Below are positions 20,152-28,603 of a stretch of 58,531 nucleotides of DNA, one piece after another; the first letter of the stretch is position 1; each line of letters begins with the position of its first letter. Position numbers and translations under genes: made by a program. The notes under the pieces were generated by a model. It ran no database searches, had not been told where the DNA came from, and worked only from the letters and a program-made list of their open reading frames with translations. The stretch is from a virus (lineage: Duplodnaviria > Caudoviricetes), in the IMG/VR virus record IMGVR_UViG_3300032297_000473, positions 1 to 58,531 of that record. One strand, 5' to 3'.

Positions 20152-20925
20152 ATGATTAAATTAAAATCTTTATTGTTAGAATATATTAATAAACCGGTTT
20201 CAGTTTTAAAAAGATATATTACAAAAACAGAAGAAGAAAGAAAAATAGAATTGGGATTACATGAGGACTGTCTTGAATTTTTAGGAATTTATTATCCGAG
20301 TATTTATCAACAATACAAAAATAATGATTATGGAGAATCTTCTGAATTATTGATGAAAGAATATCCTGAAATTTTTAAAAAATGGTGTAATTTTTTGTAT
20401 AAAAAGCATAGATCATATGATGATTTTGAACCGGGTTATCCAACATGGAATTATGTAGAATATAGATCAATTGTTAAAAATCAATGGTTGATTCATTTTA
20501 GTGACACAGCACAAAATATTTATTATGATCAAAGATTTAGTCGTGGTGTAGATGATTATACAAGATTAGGATTGACTACTAGTTTATCAGAAAATGAAAA
20601 AGATTTTGGAGGATATAATTTTGGTTATTTATTAAGTGATTATCAGAGATATGGAAAGGAACGTAAGCGATTCAAATATGGAAAAGAAGCTGTATTATTT
20701 AAAGCAAGTGGAATACAGGTTTGGCATTATAGTGATAGTGAGCCGCAAGTAATTTTTTGGGGGCCGAGCGCATTTGATATTGTCTATATTAGAGAAGATC
20801 GTAATACAGGAGATTATTATGTATATAGTAGAAAACATAATAGTCCATTTAGTGGAGATTTTGATGATTGTGTAGATTGGGTAATAAACAATTTTAATCA
20901 ATATAAACGCATATTATTGCCCTAA
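20152..20925 (+). CDS. hypothetical protein with MIKLKSLLLE leader, possible ADP-ribosyltransferase-like C-terminal domain
   Basis: WLIHFS..GYNFGY..SEPQVIFW pattern resembles ART strands; weak. Confidence 0.5.
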   Translation: MIKLKSLLLEYINKPVSVLKRYITKTEEERKIELGLHEDCLEFLGIYYPSIYQQYKNNDYGESSELLMKEYPEIFKKWCNFLYKKHRSYDDFEPGYPTWNYVEYRSIVKNQWLIHFSDTAQNIYYDQRFSRGVDDYTRLGLTTSLSENEKDFGGYNFGYLLSDYQRYGKERKRFKYGKEAVLFKASGIQVWHYSDSEPQVIFWGPSAFDIVYIREDRNTGDYYVYSRKHNSPFSGDFDDCVDWVINNFNQYKRILLP

Positions 20926-20945
20926 TTTATTCTATTTATTATCAT

Positions 20946-21557
20946 ATGAAATTAACTGACATCGTTGAAAATATTGTTCATCCAGCAGAACCTATGAAAT
21001 TAATAAAGGAGGTTACTGTTAGTCCAAATTTAAAATATCATTTGGATAGAAATTTAACTCTTGAAGAATGTGTATTTCGTAATTATAGCGAGGCATATTT
21101 TAATTTGATCAATGAAATTCGTGCATTATATAACGATGATGCTATTGAATTAAATGAGTATGATGCAGACATTGTTGAAAGTGATTTGGGAGAAACTGCT
21201 GAATATGAAGGACGCACTGTATATTTGGATGCTCCTATTGAAGAGGAACTTGATGAACAATTGATGTTGGAAGCAAAACATCGTGGAAAAACTGTTAAAT
21301 TGAACAGACCATTTAGAACTCCCGGTGGCCCAAAGAAATTTGCTGTTTATGTAAAAAGCAAAAAAGGAAAAATCAAAAAAGTAACATTTGGTGATCCTAA
21401 AATGCGTGTTCGTGCCAGTAGCAAGGCTCGCCGCAAGAGCTTTTCTGCCCGACATAAATGTAGTCAAAAGAAAGATCGTACAACAGCAGGTTATTGGAGT
21501 TGCCGCAGTCATCGTATTCGTAGTTTGGGAACCAAAAGCAAAGGTAAATACTGGTGA
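20946..21557 (+). CDS. putative internal head protein: acidic propeptide plus very basic C-terminal domain
   Basis: LMLE then KKFAVYVK..KVTFGDP..RRKSFSARHKC..AGYWSCR. Confidence 0.6.
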   Translation: MKLTDIVENIVHPAEPMKLIKEVTVSPNLKYHLDRNLTLEECVFRNYSEAYFNLINEIRALYNDDAIELNEYDADIVESDLGETAEYEGRTVYLDAPIEEELDEQLMLEAKHRGKTVKLNRPFRTPGGPKKFAVYVKSKKGKIKKVTFGDPKMRVRASSKARRKSFSARHKCSQKKDRTTAGYWSCRSHRIRSLGTKSKGKYW

Positions 21558-21560
21558 TAT

Positions 21561-21902
21561 ATGATTAAACTCAGAGATTTAATTTTAGAAAATTCAAACA
21601 ATGTAGTATATCATCTGACTAAAAAATCTAATTTATCTAGTATTAAGAAAGATGGATTAAAACCAAATTTACCGGTTGATATGCCAACTGAAGATGAGGG
21701 TGTGTATGTATTTAAAACTAAAGAATATGCAGAAGATGCATTGATGAATTGGTATGGAGACAGATTTGATGAAGATGAAGAATTTGTATTATTGACCATC
21801 AAAACAGATGGATTGCAATTATTTTCAACACTTGTTGATTGGGAATATATTTCATACACAACCATACCAGCATCCAATATTATCAAGATAGAAAACATAT
21901 GA
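21561..21902 (+). CDS. ADP-ribosyltransferase-fold protein (Tpt1/KptA-like) with MIKLRDLILE leader
   Basis: VYHLT..NLSSIKKDGLKP, GVYVF, LLTI, WEY..IPASNI. Confidence 0.6.
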   Translation: MIKLRDLILENSNNVVYHLTKKSNLSSIKKDGLKPNLPVDMPTEDEGVYVFKTKEYAEDALMNWYGDRFDEDEEFVLLTIKTDGLQLFSTLVDWEYISYTTIPASNIIKIENI

Positions 21903-22495
21903 TTTTATTAAAAACATTACTATTAGAAAATAATTGGCCTAGTTTGCTTTTAGATGACAAGCATACTTGGTATCATGGTCGCACAGTTGATAGTGAAGTT
22001 TTTTCATATGATTATCTTGGTGGAAAAGATGCGCTCAATCAAGAAGGACCGGGATTTTATTTTACAAATAGTTTTGAAAATGCAAAAAGATATGCATCTC
22101 CGAATGGCGTTATATTAAAATGCAAAATTAATTATAAAAAAATAATTGTTAAAGGTAATATATCAAATACAAAAACCAATAAAAAAATAATTGTAGATTT
22201 AATCAATAATAGTCCAGATAAAGATTATACTTTAGAAAACTTTGATGAAAATCCTAAATTAGCAATGATTAAGGCTGTTAATGTATATTTAAATCATGAT
22301 GATGCACATGATGCATATCAATTAGTTGCCAATGATTTTTATAAAAATCATCCAAAAGAATACTTGCAGATATTGTCAAAATATTATGACGCACAACTTA
22401 CAAAACTTGACAATACATACTATGGCGGCACAATATATCATTTGATTGTTTACAATCCATCATTAATTACAGTTATTGATAAATTTAAACTATGA
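21899..22495 (+). CDS. ADP-ribosyltransferase-fold protein (ART-PolyVal-like) with MILLKTLLLE leader
   Basis: WYHGRT..F..GPGFYFTNS..AKRYA..IVYNPSLI; ATG 21899 overlaps upstream TGA (ATGA). Confidence 0.65.
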   Translation: MILLKTLLLENNWPSLLLDDKHTWYHGRTVDSEVFSYDYLGGKDALNQEGPGFYFTNSFENAKRYASPNGVILKCKINYKKIIVKGNISNTKTNKKIIVDLINNSPDKDYTLENFDENPKLAMIKAVNVYLNHDDAHDAYQLVANDFYKNHPKEYLQILSKYYDAQLTKLDNTYYGGTIYHLIVYNPSLITVIDKFKL

Positions 22496-22758
22496 GTCTT
22501 CCGTTTAAAGAGACATCACTGGGAAACAATCAGTATATAAGAGAGTTTGCCGCTGATACAAATCGTGATGTTGTAGAAGAATGGCATCGGGATCGTGAAG
22601 ATCGTATTGTTGAAGTAATTGAAAATACAGATTGGTTGTTTCAAATGGACAATGAATTACCAATCTTATTAAAAGAAAAATTATATATTCCAAAAGAAAG
22701 TTATCATAGAGTAATTATGGGAAAAGGCAAATTAATTGTTAAGATAACCAAGCTTTAA
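22492..22758 (+). CDS. small cupin-fold protein
   Basis: WHRDREDR..W.FQ.DN..IPKESYHRVI (cupin motifs 1 and 2). Confidence 0.55.
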   Translation: MSLPFKETSLGNNQYIREFAADTNRDVVEEWHRDREDRIVEVIENTDWLFQMDNELPILLKEKLYIPKESYHRVIMGKGKLIVKITKL

Positions 22759-22773
22759 AACTATTTATAACAT

Positions 22774-23589
22774 ATGGCAAATGCAAAATACTTATATTTG
22801 ATGATTAAAACACATCAAGTTACTGGGCTGAAATATCTTTGTAAAAAGGTAACTACCAGTGATAGTAAAGCCATTTCTTATAAAGGTTCTGGTAAATACT
22901 GGAAAAATCATTTAAAAGTACATGGAAAACAAATAAATACAGAAATACTTGCTAAGTATGAATTAAACAAAATTAATGAATTTAGCCAATTATGTATAGA
23001 ATATAGTAATAAATTTGATATTGTTAAAAGTAACGAATGGGCAAATTTAATCGAAGAAAATGGATTGATGGGAGCTGTGATCGGTGAGAATAATCCAAGT
23101 AAAAACCATGAAATTAATTTAAAAAAGTCAAATACTCTTCGTGGAAAATATTGCGGAGAAAATGGTCTTTTTTACGGTAGAAAGCATACTGAAGAAACAA
23201 AACGTAAAATGAGTGAAGCAAACAAAGGAGATAATAATGTGATGCGTAAAAGACCGGATATTTTAGCTAAAATGATAGCAACTAAAAACACAATTGAATA
23301 TAAAAATAAGTCTTCTTTAAGAGCTATTGAAATTAATAGTAGACCCGAAGTAAAAGAAAAAATCAGACTGTCTAAACTAGGAAATAATAACCCGTGCGCG
23401 GACAAAAATATTTATAAATTAAAAAATATAATTTCTGGAGATATTTTAGAAGGAACTAGAATTCAAATAAAAGATGCAATGAATAAATTAGAAAATGATA
23501 ATATAAAAAAATTGTCATTAGATGATATTGGATATTTTTTCAGAAAAACAAAAAATATTACAAAAGTGAAAGGATGGATTAAATTATGA
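22774..23589 (+). CDS. free-standing GIY-YIG-type homing endonuclease with NUMOD3 motif
   Basis: YLYLMIKTH.VTGLKYLCK..YKGSG.YW..HL..HG, WANL..E; NUMOD3 FYGRKHTEETKRKMSEANKG. Confidence 0.8.
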   Translation: MANAKYLYLMIKTHQVTGLKYLCKKVTTSDSKAISYKGSGKYWKNHLKVHGKQINTEILAKYELNKINEFSQLCIEYSNKFDIVKSNEWANLIEENGLMGAVIGENNPSKNHEINLKKSNTLRGKYCGENGLFYGRKHTEETKRKMSEANKGDNNVMRKRPDILAKMIATKNTIEYKNKSSLRAIEINSRPEVKEKIRLSKLGNNNPCADKNIYKLKNIISGDILEGTRIQIKDAMNKLENDNIKKLSLDDIGYFFRKTKNITKVKGWIKL

Positions 23590-24797
23590 GTGGACCTGCC
23601 GCAACGGATTCTGATCGTGTAAGATGGCCGGGTTCAGGCTCGGCAGTAAACACTGGTAGTGTTCCGTATGGATTTTATCTAAACGAAAGTGCAACTACCG
23701 GCAGTGTTGGTTATTTTGAATATGATTGTCAAGCTGCTGCCGGTTGGGCAGCAAAGCGTTTGGGCTATCCAATTGTAGATATTGAAATGATCGATGTCAA
23801 TTTCTATGCATGTTTTGAAGAAGCTGTAAGTGAATATGGTGCTCAAGTAAATCAATTCAACATTCGTAACAACATGTTGAATTTACAAGGAATGCCAGTT
23901 TCAAATGCACCCAACATTACAGGTCTAAATGTCAAAGGAAGTGCATTGCCATTTATTGTTGAATTATCAAAACAATATGGTAGCGAAGTTGGCGTTGGTG
24001 GATATGTAGAAGCAAAAAAATATGGAATTGCAGTTTCAAGCAGTGTTCAAACATATGATTTGCAAGCATTAATTGGAACCGCAGTTGAAAGCGGAAGCCG
24101 TGTTGAAATTCGCAGAGTATTTCACGGTCCACCACCAGCATTTGCACGTATTTATGATCCATTCAGCATGACTGGTATGAGTTATAGTAACGTATTAAAT
24201 GAAATGGGATTTGCCGGTTATAGTCCTGCTACACAATTTTTAATGACACCAATCTTTGAAGATTTGCTTCGCGGTCAAGCAATTGAATTCAATGACATGG
24301 TACGTAAAAGCGGATATAGTTTTGAAATTATTAATAACAAATTAAAATTATTTCCTATTCCAACATATGATCATACTGTTTATGTAGAATATGTTGTAGA
24401 AAAAGATAAATATAGTACGGCATCGTTGTTTAGTAGTGGAAGTAATTATGATGTTGTAAGCGATTATAGCAACGCGCCATATCAAAATGTTGTATATAAG
24501 AGCATAAATGCCGTTGGTAAACAATGGATACGAAAATATTTCTTGGCACTATGCAAAGAAACACTTGGTAGAATTTTGCAAAAATATACAACAGTACCAA
24601 TTCCGGGTGGCGAAGTTACTTTGGATGGTGCTGAATTACGTAGTGAAGCAACTGCTGAAAAAGAAGTTTTAATGACTCAATTGAGAGAAAATCTTGAAGC
24701 CAGTGGACGTGCCGCACAAATGGATGCCAAAGCAAATGAAGCTGATAAAATTCAAGAAACGCTTCGTAAAACCCCATTATTAATTTATATTGGATAA
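23586..24797 (+). CDS. neck / head-tail adaptor (T4 gp13-like)
   Basis: KRLGYPIVDIE, WIRKYFLAL.KE.LG..KY..VP.PGG.VTLDG, PLLIYIG. Confidence 0.8.
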   Translation: MSGPAATDSDRVRWPGSGSAVNTGSVPYGFYLNESATTGSVGYFEYDCQAAAGWAAKRLGYPIVDIEMIDVNFYACFEEAVSEYGAQVNQFNIRNNMLNLQGMPVSNAPNITGLNVKGSALPFIVELSKQYGSEVGVGGYVEAKKYGIAVSSSVQTYDLQALIGTAVESGSRVEIRRVFHGPPPAFARIYDPFSMTGMSYSNVLNEMGFAGYSPATQFLMTPIFEDLLRGQAIEFNDMVRKSGYSFEIINNKLKLFPIPTYDHTVYVEYVVEKDKYSTASLFSSGSNYDVVSDYSNAPYQNVVYKSINAVGKQWIRKYFLALCKETLGRILQKYTTVPIPGGEVTLDGAELRSEATAEKEVLMTQLRENLEASGRAAQMDAKANEADKIQETLRKTPLLIYIG

Positions 24798-24800
24798 TCT

Positions 24801-25271
24801 ATGAGTTTATTTGGACGCTATTTCAGTGAACGTGATCTACGATTGATCAATTCTGTAAATGCAGAATTGACGCGAGATATTATTCAAACTTTGATTGTTT
24901 GTTTTAAAATTGCAGGCAGTGTTACCAAGACAAACATGTATGGTGAAAGCAGTCCTAGTGAAGGCAAGTCGTTTTATGATGGCATCGAATTGGTAGCATT
25001 GATTGAACGAAGCGATCCAACAACAGACGATGAAGGATTTGGTCCTGATCGTGATCAAAGTGTTGTTTTCAAATTGAGAGAAAATACATGTGCTGATGCA
25101 AATTATTTTCCTGAAGTTGGTGATTTAATTTTATTTAATAATCGTTATCACGAAATTAACAATGTTGTTCAAGAACAATTCTTGGGCGGACAAAGTGATA
25201 AGAGTCATAGTTTTATTTGTAATACTCATTATAGTCGTTTGAGCAAACTTAACATCGTTGAAAGACAATAA
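24801..25271 (+). CDS. neck / head closure protein (T4 gp14-like)
   Basis: NMYGES, PEVGDLI..YHEI; position after gp13-like gene. Confidence 0.7.
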   Translation: MSLFGRYFSERDLRLINSVNAELTRDIIQTLIVCFKIAGSVTKTNMYGESSPSEGKSFYDGIELVALIERSDPTTDDEGFGPDRDQSVVFKLRENTCADANYFPEVGDLILFNNRYHEINNVVQEQFLGGQSDKSHSFICNTHYSRLSKLNIVERQ

Positions 25272-25273
25272 TT

Positions 25274-26434
25274 ATGTCATGGCGTGGTAATACATCAAAT
25301 CCAGTACCTTCGAATGTCGATGAAACGAAGAAGAATCCTTATTTTACAAATCAAGAAAATAAGGCAATGGATGTTCGTAGAGATAAAGATACACGAAAAA
25401 ATTTTACAGTTACTTTAATTGATATTGATAATTCATTGATGGAATATTTACAAAATGTAATCAATCCAACAGTTGTAGATGCTGGTTCCAATATCAAAGT
25501 GCCTATATTATACGGTAATCCTGAAAGATGGAAGGCTATTCAAAATGACGGATATTATCGTGATATAAATGGAAAAATTCAATTACCAGCAATAATGTTC
25601 AAGCGTAGTTCATTTAGTAAAAACGAAAATTTACAAACGTTTAATCGTTATTTGACATATCCTGTGATGACTAAATTCAGTGAAAAAAATCAATATACGA
25701 AATTTAGTTTGTTGAACGATACAGTTGCTCCAGTTAATCAAATACATGCTGTAACACTACCAGATCATGTAAAAGTTGAATATGAGTTCATGATTTGGAC
25801 AGAATATGTGGAGCAAATGAATAGTATTTTGGAAAAGATTAATTTTGCCAGCGAAGATTATTGGGGCGATCCACAACGATTTAAATTTCGTGTAACTATA
25901 AATGATTATAGTCATACTACCGAAGTTTCTAACGATAAAGATCGTATGGTTCGCACATCTTTTACATTGAGTTTGTTTGCATATTTGTTGCCAGAAAGTT
26001 TTGAAGACCGCAAATCAACAGTTCAAAAACTATTGACTCCTAAGAAAATTAGTATAACTGGTGAAATTGTAAACAATGCACAGATGAATGCTGTTAATAA
26101 AAATGTTTCCAATTATTCAGCAAACAATCCAGCAAATCCATATGAACTGAGAGACAATATAATAGTAGACAAGGGTTCTACTTGGAAAACTCCAAAACCA
26201 GCAATAATAAGCGAGGTTTCTAACGTCGATGGTATTGAAATTATCGAAAAAATAAGACAGAGTTATACTGCATTAATAAATTCATCAACAGTAGGAAAAA
26301 TAAGTATTTGGCACGATCCTCCGGATACTGCAAATTCATATGGAGAAGAAGGATGGATGGCATACGACGGAGATTATCATTATATATATGTAGGTGGACG
26401 ATGGAGAAGACAAGCAATTGCGGACTATGAATAA
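25274..26434 (+). CDS. tail terminator / sheath stabiliser (T4 gp15-like) with C-terminal appendage
   Basis: KVPILYGNPERW, KIQLPAI, PDHV.VEYEF.IWT..EQMN.ILE; synteny. Confidence 0.7.
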   Translation: MSWRGNTSNPVPSNVDETKKNPYFTNQENKAMDVRRDKDTRKNFTVTLIDIDNSLMEYLQNVINPTVVDAGSNIKVPILYGNPERWKAIQNDGYYRDINGKIQLPAIMFKRSSFSKNENLQTFNRYLTYPVMTKFSEKNQYTKFSLLNDTVAPVNQIHAVTLPDHVKVEYEFMIWTEYVEQMNSILEKINFASEDYWGDPQRFKFRVTINDYSHTTEVSNDKDRMVRTSFTLSLFAYLLPESFEDRKSTVQKLLTPKKISITGEIVNNAQMNAVNKNVSNYSANNPANPYELRDNIIVDKGSTWKTPKPAIISEVSNVDGIEIIEKIRQSYTALINSSTVGKISIWHDPPDTANSYGEEGWMAYDGDYHYIYVGGRWRRQAIADYE

Positions 26435-26458
26435 TATTTATTTTTTATTTAACAATAC

Positions 26459-26477
26459 TATTTATATTTATATTTAT
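26459..26477 (+). promoter_or_regulatory. three overlapping TATTTAT late-promoter motifs
   Basis: tatttatatttatatttat upstream of fibre gene. Confidence 0.55.
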
Positions 26478-26501
26478 ATACATAAACACGTTTAATATAA
26501 T

Positions 26502-28511
26502 ATGCCATATCCAAACACAACAGCGTCTGTCATAGTAATTTCACAAACAAGTGGAAGTGCTGTTGCCGGGCAATATCCATTTGTTGAAAGACAAATAAGT
26601 GGCAGCAATTTGTTTTTAGTTACAGATTCAAGCGGAAATTTGACAGGAAGTACAAGTATTCCGGGAGGAAGTTTTACTAATTTAACAATAACAGGTGCAT
26701 TAACAGCAAGTGTAATTAGTGCAAGCACTGCGATTACAAGTGCGGCAGCTACATTTACTGGTGCCGTGACTATGAGTTCGACTCTAAGTGCTAGTGGTGG
26801 AATTACGGCTAGTGCTATTCAAGATGCAGGAACACTGACTGTCGTTGGTACGAGCACATTGGGTACAACAAATATTACAGGTTTGTTGAGTGCAAGTGGA
26901 AACGTTACTGCAAGTAACATTTTTGATGCTGGTACATTGGTTGTGTTGGGAACTAGTACTCTTGCAACATTGAGTGCAAGTAATATCAGTGCAAGTACTA
27001 TAAGTGCAAGCGCAACATTTTCTAATACTGGTACTGTTAGTGGACAATTTACGGTTGGAACAGGTATAACAACAAATTCGTTGACTGCTAGTGGTATAAT
27101 AAGCGCAAGTTCGGGAATTACAGCAAGTTCTATAAATGTAATAAATAGTATTGTTGATGGAGGAACACTGACCGTATTAGGAAATACTATATTGGGCGAT
27201 CAAACAAGTGATATTGTTCGCATTACCGGTAGTTTAAATCAAAGTGGTAGTTATTTTATATTGGGTGCAATAACAGCAAGCGGAAATATAAGTGCAAGTG
27301 GAGCAATAGTAGCATCATCATTTACAGGTAGTTTTAGTGGTAGTATTGGAAATGCGGTGTTGGCATCAACAGCAAGCACAGTCACTGTTACTGATACACC
27401 GTCAGGTGTGGGTCCATATTATATCACATTTGTTGACGGTACATCTGGTGCAAGAGCGGTTAGAACTGATAGCACAACATTAACGTGGAATGCTACAACT
27501 GCTACATTGAGTAGCAGCGGTAATTTAATAGGAAACGTATTGATTGCTGGCAATTCGATTACTAGCAGCAATGGTGGATTGTTAATTAATAATTTATCTG
27601 GTCCAAATGCAATTACAATAAATTCAACAGCAGGTGGTGTTAATTCTCTTATTAGTCACAGCGGAAGTAGTGGTGATGCATTGATTATTTCGTCAACTGG
27701 TCCATTGAATCTCACAAGTAGTGTTGTAAATGTTGATATAACAACACAATCTACAACTTGGAGTGACGGTGCTGTTGTGGTTGATGGCGGTGTAGGTATT
27801 GGAAAAAATCTTAATATATCGGGTTCTACAAGAACATTGGAAAATGTATATGTAGGCAAAAACTTAGTAGTTACTGGTAGCACTACATTGTATGGAGATT
27901 TAACAATATATGGTAGCGGTTCGATAGTAAACATAAGCAGCAGCACGGTAATTATAGGTGATAATAGAATTCAATTAAATGCGTTTTCTCCGGGAGGTAC
28001 AAATCAACGTTATGCTGGTATAGATGTTGTGGATACTGGTAGTTCTAATAACGTTACAAGTAGTTTGTTGTGGGATGGATTGAATAATTACTGGTTATTA
28101 ACCAACAATCAAAGCGGCAGTCCGATTGTTTCAAGTAGCGCAATTATATTGCAAGGACCAACAGGAAGTTTTGGTTCTGAAAATTTATTGACTGTAAATA
28201 ACTTCTTAAAAACTCAGACCGAATCTGGTAATTTGATTACTTCTAGTTTGAGTGAAGTTGCAGGCGTATTAAAATATGAAGGAACAATAAGTGGTAGTTC
28301 ATTAACTATAGGATCTTCAATAACTGCTGGTACAGGATCGTTTACTAATTTGACGGTCGTCACAGGTAGCTCTCCGGGTGTTGGTACTCAGGTTCCTGCG
28401 CATCCAACATCTAGTGGATTGCCGGGACAAATTGAAGTAGATAATAACTTTATTTACGTTTATACCAACAATACATGGAAACGTGTACCTCTAAGCGTTT
28501 GGTCTCTATAA
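26502..28511 (+). CDS. collar/tail fibre protein
   Basis: ITAS/SAS/TGS repeats, GAVVVDGGVGIGKNLNI, DNRIQLN..YAGI..SLLWD fibre motifs. Confidence 0.75.
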   Translation: MPYPNTTASVIVISQTSGSAVAGQYPFVERQISGSNLFLVTDSSGNLTGSTSIPGGSFTNLTITGALTASVISASTAITSAAATFTGAVTMSSTLSASGGITASAIQDAGTLTVVGTSTLGTTNITGLLSASGNVTASNIFDAGTLVVLGTSTLATLSASNISASTISASATFSNTGTVSGQFTVGTGITTNSLTASGIISASSGITASSINVINSIVDGGTLTVLGNTILGDQTSDIVRITGSLNQSGSYFILGAITASGNISASGAIVASSFTGSFSGSIGNAVLASTASTVTVTDTPSGVGPYYITFVDGTSGARAVRTDSTTLTWNATTATLSSSGNLIGNVLIAGNSITSSNGGLLINNLSGPNAITINSTAGGVNSLISHSGSSGDALIISSTGPLNLTSSVVNVDITTQSTTWSDGAVVVDGGVGIGKNLNISGSTRTLENVYVGKNLVVTGSTTLYGDLTIYGSGSIVNISSSTVIIGDNRIQLNAFSPGGTNQRYAGIDVVDTGSSNNVTSSLLWDGLNNYWLLTNNQSGSPIVSSSAIILQGPTGSFGSENLLTVNNFLKTQTESGNLITSSLSEVAGVLKYEGTISGSSLTIGSSITAGTGSFTNLTVVTGSSPGVGTQVPAHPTSSGLPGQIEVDNNFIYVYTNNTWKRVPLSVWSL

Positions 28512-28532
28512 AAAATATAACTTATAATGAAC

Positions 28533-28564
28533 AAACCCGATTATAAATTATACAATCGGGTTTT
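28533..28564 (+). terminator. intrinsic terminator
   Basis: aaacccgatt..aatcgggtttt. Confidence 0.7.
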
Positions 28565-28603
28565 CTTATTTTTGCGATATTTATAATCATATCTATTTAA
28601 AGT

